DNA of 64,000 nucleotides from a virus. Its lineage: Duplodnaviria; Heunggongvirae; Uroviricota; Caudoviricetes. The stretch lies in the IMG/VR virus record IMGVR_UViG_3300042485_001768; one strand, written 5' to 3'. The notes beneath the pieces are model-generated. The model was not told where the DNA came from, searched no databases, and saw nothing but the letters and a program-made list of their open reading frames with translations. This document shows positions 9,513 through 19,806 of the stretch, in pieces; the first letter of the stretch is position 1; the number at the start of each line of letters is the position of its first letter. Made by a program: the position numbers and the translations under genes.

Positions 9513-10232
9513 ATGCCTTTACCAAAAATTTCTGCCCCAACATATGAGTTGGAATTGCCTTCAACTGGTCAAGTTATACAATATAGACCTTTTTTAGTAA
9601 GAGAAGAAAAATTATTAGTTCTTGCTTTAGAAAGTGAAGATACAAAACAAATTACTACAGCAATTAAAACAGTTATTAAAAATTGTATTATTACAAAAAA
9701 TATAAAAGTAGAATCGTTACCAACTTTTGATATTGAATATTTGTTCTTAAATATTCGTGGAAAATCTGTTGGGGAAGAACTTGAAGTTAATATTATTTGT
9801 CCTGATGACGAACAGACTACAGTGCCTGTGACTATTAATATTGATGATATTCAAGTACAAAAAAATGATAAGCACAAAACGCAGATTAAAATTGATGACT
9901 CTATAATGATGGAAATGAAGTATCCTTCATTGGATCAATTTATTAAGAGTAACTTTGATTTTAGTGGTAATAGTAATATGGAGCAATCTTTTGATTTAGT
10001 TGCTTCTTGTGTTGATAAAATTTATACTGAGGATGAAGCATGGTCTTCCTCTGATGTAACTAAAAAAGAATTAATAGAATTTTTAGATCAGATGAATTCT
10101 TCTCAATTTAAAATGATTGAAGAATTTTTTGATACTATGCCAAAACTTTCTCATGAAATTAAAGTTACTAATCCCAACACTGGGGTTGAGAGCACTGTCG
10201 TTCTGGAGGGTCTGTCGAGTTTTTTCGTATAG
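9513..10232 (+). CDS. baseplate hub subunit (gp26-like), tentative
   Basis: 239 aa. General similarity to gp26-type hub proteins (P.YE..LPS.G, a CP..E acidic block) and position next to tape-measure/hub genes. Confidence 0.35.
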   Translation: MPLPKISAPTYELELPSTGQVIQYRPFLVREEKLLVLALESEDTKQITTAIKTVIKNCIITKNIKVESLPTFDIEYLFLNIRGKSVGEELEVNIICPDDEQTTVPVTINIDDIQVQKNDKHKTQIKIDDSIMMEMKYPSLDQFIKSNFDFSGNSNMEQSFDLVASCVDKIYTEDEAWSSSDVTKKELIEFLDQMNSSQFKMIEEFFDTMPKLSHEIKVTNPNTGVESTVVLEGLSSFFV

Positions 10233-10400
10233 CCCTGGTCCACATGGACTTAGAGAATTATTATAAATTAACTTTCTCTTTAATTCAGTATCATAAATAT
10301 TCATTAACAGAGATTGAAAATTTGATACCGTGGGAGCGGGATATTTACGTTACTTTATTGAAGGCTCACTTGGAAGAAGAAAAACTTAAACAGCAACAAA

Positions 10401-12803
10401 ATGGCGGCTAATAAACCAAAGTTTATCGATAAATTTTGGCCAATATCTACTATTGTAGCAAGTAGAACTGGGCAATACAAAAAAATACTTGCTCAACGAA
10501 TGGAGAAGAGCAAGTATTTAATCGAGAATAACTTTGGTGTAAAGGCAGATAAAGTAGTAGATACTTTTATTAAAGCATATTTGTCTTCTGATAAGGATTA
10601 TCCAGCACCAATTGAGTCTGTACAAAATCCACAATCTAATAAAGACTTTAGTTTACGTGATCAATATATTTTATTTTTGTGGAATTATTATGTAAATGAT
10701 AAAAGTAAAAAAACAAAAATACCAAAAGAAGTTCCTCCCAAAGAACAGTCTAAAGGAAATATTTCAGATCCTTCTGGTGCATTAACCTTATATGAAGGTA
10801 TCAAAGAAGAAGATTTAATTAATGAAGAAATTGATGAAAGAATATTAAAAATACTTGGAATACAAGATGTTTTTGATATTGATTATGGTACTTATTTGAG
10901 TTTGCTAAAAGAAAAATTAGTAACCATAAGTATGGGGGATAAAAAAATCCCCAGAGAAGAGCAGATATTATTACAAGATGAATTTAAAAGAGTAAAAGGA
11001 AAAGTTGGTAGATTTAAAGTAAGAAGTAAAAAAATAAATGCTGATAATATTGGAACAACAGGTCCGATAAGAGTATCAAGGCAGCAATATTTTCTTGCTG
11101 GAAAAGTTTCTGTACCTGATGTTTCTAGAGAATCTGCAAACATTGGAAGTTCTATAAAAAAAGATATAGAAGCAATAAAAAATTCTATAGTTTCTATTGC
11201 CTCTCTTCTTGCATCTCAAAATAAACTGATTCAAAAAGATGCGGATAATCAAAGAAAAATTGCTGAGAATTTAAAAAGAGGTAAAAGAGAGGAAGACCTA
11301 GAAAAAAAAGATAACAAGTTAAAAACATTAGCATCAAAAGTCTTAGCACCATTCCAAAGTATTCTTGACAAAATAATTAATTTTATTGTTTGGACTTTAC
11401 TTGGTCGTTTGATGGTCAAGTTTATAGATTGGATATCAGACAAAAAGAATAAGAAGAAAATTGATACTTTAGTTAGATTTATTGGTGATTGGTGGCCTGC
11501 TTTATTGGGGGCATTTCTATTATTCGCAACTCCTTTAGGCGGATTTGTTAGATCTATTATTGGAACGGTTGCTAAATTAACATTTAGATTGAGTAAATTT
11601 GCAATCCCTAAACTTCTTAATTTTGTAAAGGCAAATCCTGTTGCGGCAGCTCTTATTGGTGGTAGTATTGCTGCTGGGGTTGGTGCTTATGCATCCACAC
11701 AACAAGTAGATAAGACTAGAAAAGAAAACAAAAAATCAGATCCTTCTACAGTACTACCTCAAGAAACTGCAAAAACTGGTAAAGCACCAGGTGCTGCACA
11801 GTTATCGCAAGAGCAAATACAAAGTCGTGGATTTAATATGTTTAGGGGTGGAGGACTAATCCCTAAATTTGGAGATTATCAAAAACCAACTCCAATTAGA
11901 GATATTGGATTTGAAAGTGGTGGTGCTATAACCGATGATACTGGTGTTAGAATTGCTGGTGCTGGAAAGGATACTCAATTAATTGCTGCTCAACCTGGAG
12001 AGATTGTTATTTCTAAACCAGCAGTTGATAAGTATGGGGCAAACTTCTTTTTAGGATTAAACAAGTCTGGTGGGGGAACCAATGTTCCTAAGATGGTGAA
12101 CAATATTCAACTAGCTGCTGGTGGAGGAATGGTTGGAACAATAGTTCCAGAAAAACCATCTGCTGCTGCTAAAAAATCTGTTTTTAATCCTGAGGTTGCT
12201 AATAAAAAATCTATGATGGGTCTTAATAATATTATGAATGTGACTAATTCTTTTGACCAAAATAAAAAAATGACAACTCCAACAAAAATGTTTGGAGATA
12301 CCGCAGATACTTTACAAAATACACCAACTACAAATAAAAAATCAAATCAAAAAACATCTTCCATTAAACCATTTTCCCTTAAACCATCAAGAATACAACC
12401 AAATAATAAACCATCCAATTTACAAATATCTAATGATACAAACTCAGTTCCGATAAAAGACGCTGCGTTACAATCATTTAGACCATTATCTCAAAAAATG
12501 CCTTTCATTGTACCATTCATTAATAATGCAATGACAATGATAAGTGGTGTGGGTGATACTTTAGTCGATCTTAGAAAAAGAAATATTAATATACAACCAA
12601 ATATTAAGCAGTATATTCCAGAACCACCTAGTGTAAAATCAAAATCAAATATTATTACATTACCACCTGTTATAAAACAGTCAACTGAATCTTCTGGAAC
12701 TAAAATGAGTGCTATAAGAGATGTGGAAGATTTCCCTGCATTTATGATGAGTTCTCATCGAAAAAATAATATTCAAATATACGGAATAGGTGGTATAAAC
12801 TAA
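10401..12803 (+). CDS. tape-measure / baseplate-hub-like large protein (800 aa)
   Basis: Internal hydrophobic segments (FIVWTLLGRLMVKFI, WWPALLGAFLLFATPLGGF, AAALIGGSIAAGVGAYA) and a long low-complexity N/K/T/P-rich C-terminus. Immediately precedes a second tape-measure-like gene. Confidence 0.45.
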   Translation: MAANKPKFIDKFWPISTIVASRTGQYKKILAQRMEKSKYLIENNFGVKADKVVDTFIKAYLSSDKDYPAPIESVQNPQSNKDFSLRDQYILFLWNYYVNDKSKKTKIPKEVPPKEQSKGNISDPSGALTLYEGIKEEDLINEEIDERILKILGIQDVFDIDYGTYLSLLKEKLVTISMGDKKIPREEQILLQDEFKRVKGKVGRFKVRSKKINADNIGTTGPIRVSRQQYFLAGKVSVPDVSRESANIGSSIKKDIEAIKNSIVSIASLLASQNKLIQKDADNQRKIAENLKRGKREEDLEKKDNKLKTLASKVLAPFQSILDKIINFIVWTLLGRLMVKFIDWISDKKNKKKIDTLVRFIGDWWPALLGAFLLFATPLGGFVRSIIGTVAKLTFRLSKFAIPKLLNFVKANPVAAALIGGSIAAGVGAYASTQQVDKTRKENKKSDPSTVLPQETAKTGKAPGAAQLSQEQIQSRGFNMFRGGGLIPKFGDYQKPTPIRDIGFESGGAITDDTGVRIAGAGKDTQLIAAQPGEIVISKPAVDKYGANFFLGLNKSGGGTNVPKMVNNIQLAAGGGMVGTIVPEKPSAAAKKSVFNPEVANKKSMMGLNNIMNVTNSFDQNKKMTTPTKMFGDTADTLQNTPTTNKKSNQKTSSIKPFSLKPSRIQPNNKPSNLQISNDTNSVPIKDAALQSFRPLSQKMPFIVPFINNAMTMISGVGDTLVDLRKRNINIQPNIKQYIPEPPSVKSKSNIITLPPVIKQSTESSGTKMSAIRDVEDFPAFMMSSHRKNNIQIYGIGGIN

Positions 12804-12804
12804 A

Positions 12805-15800
12805 ATGGCTGTACTAGATCCTAAAAAATTATTACCATCTTCTAAGGAAGAAAATAAAAGGGCATCTTATAGTAATGTTACTAGATTTTTAGTACCAGCA
12901 AAAAATGTGCAGTATAGGGATACTGCACCAGTTTCTCCAGAACCTGATGAACAAGAATCTAACATTGATTTAAAAAAAGATGTTTTAATTATTAAAGAAA
13001 AAGTAATATCTATAGAGGATATTTTAAAAAAGAGTTTAGATTTACAAAAGAAAACTTTAATAGGAAAAAGTAAAGATTTAGAAAATAGAAAAAGAGCAAA
13101 AAAAGAAAGTATTTTAGAACAAAAAAAAGATAAACCTGTTCTAGGTGGATTATCTGTTCCCACTAAAAGAATGGGACTACTTGACAGCATTAAAAATTTT
13201 GTTACTAGTACTTTACTTGGATTTGTTTTAGTAAGACTAGTAAAATATCTCCCACAAATAATTGATTTTGCTAAAAAAATAACTCCAGCAATAACTTTTA
13301 TTGAGAGTTTTGTTGGTGGAATGGCTAATAAATTAATTAGTTTTATTGAGATTGGATATGGTGTATATGATAAAGTCAGAGATACTATTAAAAATATTGG
13401 TGGAGAGAATCTTCAAAAAACTTTTGATCAATTTTCTGGGCAGTTAAACACTTTTATTAATCTTGCTATAATTGCTGGAATGTCCACCATGGGTGGAACT
13501 GATTTTGGAATGGGTAAAAAAAGTCCAAAGGGACTGCCTACTAAACCTGGAACAAAACCTACAGCACCATCAAATCAATCTCTTAACAGATATTTAAATC
13601 GAGGGAAGGAAGCAAAATTAATTGAAAGAAAATTTGGTAATAGTGCAGCAAGATATTATGAAGAACTAAGAGACTCTGGTAAAAATTCTACACAAGCATT
13701 CAAAGAAGTTAAAAGAAGATTTCAACCAAGAGGATTATTTAATCGCAGAAATATTTCTGGACTTGCTGGAGAAGGACAAACTGCTGGGCAAGTCGGTAGG
13801 AGAGGGCTTGGAAGAACTGCAACTAGATTTGCTACAAAGAACTTTGGTAAGGGTGGGGCAAAAATTGCTAGTGGTGCTACTAAAGCACTCGGTAGATTTC
13901 CTATTATTGGACCTTTAGTTGATTTTGCTTTTAGATATTTTGTTCTTAGAGAACCACTTGGTAAATCTGCTGCTGGTGCTGTTGGTGCTGGAGTTGGGCA
14001 AGCACTTGGTACATGGTTGGGTGGAACTGTAGGTGGTGTTGCTGGAACTGTAGTCCCAATTATTGGTAATTTAATTGGTGCTGGTGCTGGTGCTGCGATT
14101 GGAGGTCTTCTTGGTGGATTAATTGGAGATCAATTGGGTGTAAGTTTGTATGAAACCATTGTTGCTTATCAAAAACCACCAAAAATTGAAGGCCGTGCTA
14201 AAGGTGGACAGGTATCTACAAGAGGTGGAAAACAAGTTGGTGGAAAAATACAAAGATCTTTTAAAAGAGCAAAACCAAAACCACCAAAAATAAATGAAAG
14301 ACCAGTTCAAATTGGTAGAGATATTGGTGGACAAGAAGTAATTGAAAAAGTATTTACTCCAGAAGATCCAAAAAATTCTCAGCAAATGAGTTCTTTGAGG
14401 GTTTTAACAACTGCATCTAGTGAACTTAAAAAACCAAATAGTTCATTTTTTGGTCAAATTATGGGTGTTGGTGTTGATCTTGTAATGGGTCAAAAACCAA
14501 ATAAGAATTTTTATAATCAAGTTGGCAATGCTTTTGGTTCGGTTATTCAACAATTAATTGATACAAATGCTGATATGGCAGTCAATGATACTGCAAGAAC
14601 TATTCTAGCAATGGCTAATGGTGGAATAGTTCCGACTATGTTATCAAATGATAAGTTAAATTTTGGTGAAAGAGTTGGAAATGCTGTTGCTGGAATGTTT
14701 AGGCAATTTGTAGAAAGACAATCTGATATAATATTAAATTCGATTAAATTGGAATCTGAAAAGACACCTCCTGCTGGGTCTGTTACTGGAGACCCTACTG
14801 CTGGATTAGATGGAGAACTTGCTGCTGGAACTGTGGCAAGAGGGCAAATAACTATTGAACAACTTGTTGGTTTGGCTAAAGGTGCTGGATTTAGTCAGTC
14901 TGATGCTATAATTATGGCTGCAATTGCTATGGCAGAATCTGGTGGAAATTCCAACGCACATAATGCAAAACCACCAGATAATTCATATGGTTTATGGCAA
15001 ATTAATATGATTGGTAATTTGGGTCCAGAGAGAAGAAAACAAATAGGAATAACAAGTGATGACCAATTAAAAGACCCAGTTATAAATGCACACGCTGCAA
15101 AATTGATAAAACAAAGTCAAGGATTTAGTGCATGGACAGTATATAAAACTGGGGCATACAAAAAACATTTAAATGCTGCACAAAAATCTGCAAGTGCTTC
15201 ACCAATTACAGTATACAAACCATCAACTGGTGCAAATATTGATCCAAATATGCAGCTTGGAAGTGGGCGAGGGAATTTACAATCTGTTAGATCATTAGCA
15301 GAAAGTATGGGTGTTCCTTTATTCTCTAGTTATCGCCCAGGATCTAGAGGTTATCATGGAGTTGGTCGTGCAATGGATTTCTCAAATGATTCTAAAGGAT
15401 TAGGAACACCGCAACAACTTGCTTTGGCAAAAGAAATTGTAAAAAGATATGGAAGTTCCGTTCAAGAATTAATATATACTCCTCTTGGATTTGGAATTTC
15501 TGGAGGTAAAAAAGTTCCTTTAACACATTGGGGACCACCATCAAAATCTAAATGGGCTGGGGGAGATCCTTCCAATACTAATGCTGCACATTATGACCAT
15601 GTTCACGTAGCATTTAAAAAGGGTGGTTATACTGGTGATGGTGGTGTAGGATTACTTCACAAAAATGAAATGGTTATGTCTTCAAAGGCAGTTAATCTAT
15701 TTGGCAGAGAAACTTTTGAAGCAATGAATGAGATGGGTAATAAAATGCATGATATGAAACCATCTGCAAAAATATCAAAAGTAAATAAAAAATCTTATGT

Positions 15801-15972
15801 TCCTGAAAGCATAAAATCTCAAGCATCATATGAATCTACTGGAATGACCGTTGTAATACTACCAATACATGAAAGAATTAAATCAACATCTACTGTTGGG
15901 TCTGGTGGAGGAATTCCTAATATTGGAAGATCTGCACACATAGATAATAGTATCGAATCCGCACTAGCATGA
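12805..15972 (+). CDS. tail tape-measure/hub protein with lytic transglycosylase (SLT) and M15 (VanY-like) peptidase domains
   Basis: 1055 aa. Gly-zipper TM-like stretch (GGTVGGVAGTVVPIIGNLIGAGAGAAIGGLLGGLIG). SLT motif AMAESGGNSNA...YGLWQINMI. M15/LAS motifs GYHGVGRAMDFS and AHYDHVHVAF. Confidence 0.7.
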   Translation: MAVLDPKKLLPSSKEENKRASYSNVTRFLVPAKNVQYRDTAPVSPEPDEQESNIDLKKDVLIIKEKVISIEDILKKSLDLQKKTLIGKSKDLENRKRAKKESILEQKKDKPVLGGLSVPTKRMGLLDSIKNFVTSTLLGFVLVRLVKYLPQIIDFAKKITPAITFIESFVGGMANKLISFIEIGYGVYDKVRDTIKNIGGENLQKTFDQFSGQLNTFINLAIIAGMSTMGGTDFGMGKKSPKGLPTKPGTKPTAPSNQSLNRYLNRGKEAKLIERKFGNSAARYYEELRDSGKNSTQAFKEVKRRFQPRGLFNRRNISGLAGEGQTAGQVGRRGLGRTATRFATKNFGKGGAKIASGATKALGRFPIIGPLVDFAFRYFVLREPLGKSAAGAVGAGVGQALGTWLGGTVGGVAGTVVPIIGNLIGAGAGAAIGGLLGGLIGDQLGVSLYETIVAYQKPPKIEGRAKGGQVSTRGGKQVGGKIQRSFKRAKPKPPKINERPVQIGRDIGGQEVIEKVFTPEDPKNSQQMSSLRVLTTASSELKKPNSSFFGQIMGVGVDLVMGQKPNKNFYNQVGNAFGSVIQQLIDTNADMAVNDTARTILAMANGGIVPTMLSNDKLNFGERVGNAVAGMFRQFVERQSDIILNSIKLESEKTPPAGSVTGDPTAGLDGELAAGTVARGQITIEQLVGLAKGAGFSQSDAIIMAAIAMAESGGNSNAHNAKPPDNSYGLWQINMIGNLGPERRKQIGITSDDQLKDPVINAHAAKLIKQSQGFSAWTVYKTGAYKKHLNAAQKSASASPITVYKPSTGANIDPNMQLGSGRGNLQSVRSLAESMGVPLFSSYRPGSRGYHGVGRAMDFSNDSKGLGTPQQLALAKEIVKRYGSSVQELIYTPLGFGISGGKKVPLTHWGPPSKSKWAGGDPSNTNAAHYDHVHVAFKKGGYTGDGGVGLLHKNEMVMSSKAVNLFGRETFEAMNEMGNKMHDMKPSAKISKVNKKSYVPESIKSQASYESTGMTVVILPIHERIKSTSTVGSGGGIPNIGRSAHIDNSIESALA

Positions 15973-17240
15973 CGGCAAATAAAGAAGCACAATCTGCCAA
16001 TATTAAAAAGTTTATTGTCTACTCGAATCGAGGTAGTGGTTCTTGTGATGTATCTACTGGTGTGGTATTATTTGATTATTATGAAAGTGTACTAGAACAT
16101 ACTATAACTGTTTCTACTACTATTATTGATACTGGAAATGCTCCTGGTAGTAAAACTGTATTGGAAGGATTAAAATTATCTGGATTTGAAAAGGTAGAAC
16201 TTGAATTTGAAGACAATTATGGTAATGTTTTAAAATTTGATGAGTTGTATATTTCTAAGATTAGAAATATTTTTTCCGATAGACAAAATGCTGTATTTAC
16301 TTTAGATATTGTAAGTAAAGAATTTTTGACAAATCAATTCACAAATTCTGAAGTGTATAGGAGATTTGATGGGGAAATATCAGAATCTGTAATGAGAATT
16401 TTGCGAGATAATATAAAAACTGATAAAATTATAGATGTTGATACAACAGTAAACAAATATAATTTTATTGGTGGTGGAAAAAAACCATTTAAATTGGCAA
16501 CAGAAGTTGCAAAGTTATCTGTTCCCAGTGGATCATCTGGAACTTCTGCGGGATATTTTTTGTTTGAAACTTATGATGGATTTAAATTTAAATCCATTGA
16601 TAAATTATTTGAACAAGAACCAGTAGCAAAATATATTTTTAATGGTACTACATTATTACCTCCTGGTTATGATGCCAAAATATTAAGATATGATGCAAGT
16701 AAAACAATTGATGTTATGTCTAATTTGGTTATGGGTTCTTATGAAAGTAAGATTGAAACATTCGACCCATATACCGATAAATTTAGGACTACCAAACAGT
16801 TATCTTCAGAACAACAAGAAGAACTTGGTGGTTTAGAATCTCCCAAACTGGGTGAGGGTTTTGAAGGTGCAACTAGAAGATCGTACAAAAGAATGGATGT
16901 TGGGCATTTGCCAGAACCTGCAAATAATAGTAATTCTCAACTTCAAAAAGCGACAAAAGAAAATTTAGATTCTAATAATGTTCTCATTCAATCTTCTATG
17001 AGATATAATCAAGTTTTTACTTTAGTATTAAGTATTATTATTCCAGGAGATTGTTCATTAAGAGCTGGTGATTTAGTTTTTTGTGATTTTCCAGAACAAG
17101 GGGAAAAAGAAACAATTATGGCAGACAAGGAATTAAGTGGTATATATATGATATCAGATATATGTTTTCACATTACACCAAGTTCAACTCTAACAAAAAT
17201 GAACTTAGTCCGTGACTCATTTGGAAGAAAACCAAGGTAA
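15969..17240 (+). CDS. gp27-like baseplate hub protein
   Basis: 423 aa. C-terminal similarity to the T4 gp27 pattern (..IIIPGDCSLRAGDLVFCDF.....YMISDICFHIT). Located between tape-measure and gp5-like genes. Confidence 0.45.
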   Translation: MTANKEAQSANIKKFIVYSNRGSGSCDVSTGVVLFDYYESVLEHTITVSTTIIDTGNAPGSKTVLEGLKLSGFEKVELEFEDNYGNVLKFDELYISKIRNIFSDRQNAVFTLDIVSKEFLTNQFTNSEVYRRFDGEISESVMRILRDNIKTDKIIDVDTTVNKYNFIGGGKKPFKLATEVAKLSVPSGSSGTSAGYFLFETYDGFKFKSIDKLFEQEPVAKYIFNGTTLLPPGYDAKILRYDASKTIDVMSNLVMGSYESKIETFDPYTDKFRTTKQLSSEQQEELGGLESPKLGEGFEGATRRSYKRMDVGHLPEPANNSNSQLQKATKENLDSNNVLIQSSMRYNQVFTLVLSIIIPGDCSLRAGDLVFCDFPEQGEKETIMADKELSGIYMISDICFHITPSSTLTKMNLVRDSFGRKPR

Positions 17241-17460
17241 AAAAATCATGGATACAATCAATCAACACATTGAAAAGGATAAAAAAATTCTTGATGATCC
17301 ACAAACATCTCCACAAGCTCGTAGACATACTCAAGAAGAATTGTCTTCTTTAGAGAAATATAAAGAAAATCACCCAAATGATGAACACGATCCATCTCCT
17401 TTAGAGTTGTTTTGTGATGAAAACCCTGATGCTCCAGAATGTAGAATATACGAAAGTTAA
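17212..17460 (+). CDS. hypothetical small acidic protein
   Basis: 82 aa ORF filling the gap between the gp27-like and gp5-like genes. Confidence 0.3.
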   Translation: MTHLEENQGKKIMDTINQHIEKDKKILDDPQTSPQARRHTQEELSSLEKYKENHPNDEHDPSPLELFCDENPDAPECRIYES

Positions 17461-17463
17461 TAA

Positions 17464-19806
17464 ATGGAATTTGCTGGATCTTTTTTATTCGAGTCTGATA
17501 AACCCTGGTTAATATGGGAAGGTATTGTTGCACCTAGAACTGAATGGCCTAGGGATGATGAAGGTCTTGAAACCAGGGAACAATTAAAAAATTGGGCTTA
17601 TCGTGTTAAGGTTAGAATACAACATGTTCACCCTGAAGATAAGAAGATACTTCCAGATTCTGCCCTTCCTTGGATTGAAGTACCAACAACCATTATGGGT
17701 TCTGGGCACAAAGGAACTGGAATAACACCTGGAATTACTCAAGGAACTAGAGTTTGGGGTATTTGGGGTAGCCCTTCCACAAAAACTAATCCTATAATGT
17801 TGGGAGTTAAAGTAAATAATGACCAAACAAAATTAGTAAAAACTCAACCAACTAACGCTGCTTTTACTCCTTACAGTGGATATACTCCTGAAGATACTGT
17901 TGCTGGATATGATGTACCTCTAGCAAAAGGATTGCCTTTAGAGGGAATAAATTATCCAAATATATGGAGTATTTCTGATTTAGACATATTAGATGAACCA
18001 AAATTTGCTGTTGCTGCACCATCAGACTGTGAAAAAATTCCTTTACGAGGAATTCAAAAAGCAATTCAGGGTTTGATACAGGACATTGAAAAAACTCAAC
18101 GCCAATTAAAAAGATGGCAAAATGCTGCTCAAGGATGGATTGCTGATAAACAAGCATATATTCAAAAATTAATTGATAAGGCAGCAAAATTTATTGCCAA
18201 AGCACTTAAGTGGGTATTTGAAGAAATTAGAAAATTTGTATTAGAACAAATAAATGATAAGACAAAAAAACTTTATTATCTTGTAAATCCACCAGATAGA
18301 GATAAAGTAAAGGCTGCTAAAGACACTGTTGTAGAATTAATTGTTTGTTTGTTTAATAAGTTAATTGCCAACTTAATTAAAATGGTTGGCAGATTCTTAT
18401 TCAATGCCTTTGATAAGTTTATTACAGTTCCTGAATGTGTTGTTGAGAATTTTATTGGTAATTTGTTGGGAAATGTGTTGGGTCTTGTTGGGGGACTTGT
18501 AGATAAAATACTCGGAACTTTATCATCTATTTTAGGTGCTGTTTTTAGTATTGCTGATGGTATTCTTGGACTTCTTAAAGCAATTCTTGGGTTTTTCTTG
18601 TGCGATGAAAAACAAGAATGTCCACAAGCTAAAGAATGGGATATATTTGAAGCAGGAGAACCTGGAGCAATTTTTGATTTTGATTCTATTATAAGCAAAG
18701 CTAAAAGTATTTCTGCTAGTGTAGCTGGATTGTCTAGTATTGATGATTTAAATATCAACTTTTCTAATATGATTTCTGGTGCAGGATCTGCATTTGACTC
18801 TTGTAATACTGGACCAGTATTTTGTGGACCTCCTAGTATTCAAATTTGGGGTGGTGGGGGTTCTGGTGCAGTAGGAAATGCAATAATAAGTGCTACTGGT
18901 GACTTATTGGGTGTTGATATAATTGCTGGTGGATCTGGATATACTGAGGCACCATATGTTAATTTTAAAGATTCTTGTGGAAAAGGTAAAGGTGGTAGAG
19001 GTAGAGTTATAGTTAATGATGATGGCACAGGAAATGGAACTAGTACAGTATCGAATGTAGTTATTTTAGATGAGGGTTATGGATATCTACCATCACCAAA
19101 TGGAGATCTTGGTGGTGATGGAAGAACTTGGGCAACAAATAATCAAACAGTTGTTCAGAGAGTAAATGGAAGTTATGATGTTCCCTATGATCCAGGTGAA
19201 GAAATAACACCAGAACTAAGAGATGGTGATAGAGTAATTAGACCAGAAGATAGAACAATATTAAATACAATTGCTGTTTTGGGTGGAGGTTCTAATAATC
19301 CTATTAATTTTGGACCTACAAATACTGGAATTGCTGGAAGTAGTACTGGTAGTCCAAGTATAGGATTTGCTGGAACTGATACTGCATCTAATAATATTGC
19401 AACACCACCTATTCCAGGTTCTGGTGTTAATGGTGCAACTGATTTTAAATCTTTCCCAAGAGTTAATGTTGGTTCTTATCCTGTTATTTTATATCTTTGT
19501 GGTATTGACATTGAAAATGCTGGTATAAATTATTCTAGTGAAGATAAAATTGTTATAGAACCAAATACTGGTGGTGCTGTTGTTGAACCAATTTTTGGAC
19601 CTTTTGGTGTTTTGACTGGAATTAATATTGTTGATGGTGGAAAAGGATTTACTGAAAGACCAAGTATTTACATTAATTCTGAAACAGGTTATAATGCAAA
19701 ATTAAATCCTATATTTTGTGTTAGTAGATTTGGCGATGATACTGAAGGCGAAGTTCCAGAAAATGTTAATGTTATTAGAGTAGTAGATTGTGTTGGTAAA
19801 GTTTAA
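17464..19806 (+). CDS. gp5: gp5-like baseplate central spike protein (N-terminal OB-fold domain)
   Basis: 780 aa. AYRVKVRIQHVHPEDKKILPDSALPWIEVP...GSG..G.....GTRVWGIWGSP matches the gp5/VgrG N-terminal OB-domain signature. Confidence 0.65.
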   Translation: MEFAGSFLFESDKPWLIWEGIVAPRTEWPRDDEGLETREQLKNWAYRVKVRIQHVHPEDKKILPDSALPWIEVPTTIMGSGHKGTGITPGITQGTRVWGIWGSPSTKTNPIMLGVKVNNDQTKLVKTQPTNAAFTPYSGYTPEDTVAGYDVPLAKGLPLEGINYPNIWSISDLDILDEPKFAVAAPSDCEKIPLRGIQKAIQGLIQDIEKTQRQLKRWQNAAQGWIADKQAYIQKLIDKAAKFIAKALKWVFEEIRKFVLEQINDKTKKLYYLVNPPDRDKVKAAKDTVVELIVCLFNKLIANLIKMVGRFLFNAFDKFITVPECVVENFIGNLLGNVLGLVGGLVDKILGTLSSILGAVFSIADGILGLLKAILGFFLCDEKQECPQAKEWDIFEAGEPGAIFDFDSIISKAKSISASVAGLSSIDDLNINFSNMISGAGSAFDSCNTGPVFCGPPSIQIWGGGGSGAVGNAIISATGDLLGVDIIAGGSGYTEAPYVNFKDSCGKGKGGRGRVIVNDDGTGNGTSTVSNVVILDEGYGYLPSPNGDLGGDGRTWATNNQTVVQRVNGSYDVPYDPGEEITPELRDGDRVIRPEDRTILNTIAVLGGGSNNPINFGPTNTGIAGSSTGSPSIGFAGTDTASNNIATPPIPGSGVNGATDFKSFPRVNVGSYPVILYLCGIDIENAGINYSSEDKIVIEPNTGGAVVEPIFGPFGVLTGINIVDGGKGFTERPSIYINSETGYNAKLNPIFCVSRFGDDTEGEVPENVNVIRVVDCVGKV

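Noticed and set aside
10233-10400. 168-nt gap before the 800-aa gene with a short out-of-frame ORF ending ...QQQNGG*; considered as a tail-chaperone-style frameshift site
   Set aside because: No ATG-initiated ORF of meaningful length and no recognisable slippery heptamer. Too little evidence.
12867-14385. Minus-strand ORFs 12867..13190 and 14119..14385 within the tape-measure gene
   Set aside because: Lie within a 1055-aa plus-strand ORF bearing SLT and M15 motifs. Phe/Leu/Ser-rich antisense artefacts of AT-rich sequence.
17258-19028. Several minus-strand ORFs (17258..17533, 17584..17826, 17864..18187, 18276..18758, 18840..19028) across the gp5-like gene
   Set aside because: All are antisense to the 780-aa gp5-like ORF with an OB-domain signature. 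None has motifs or a plausible start context.
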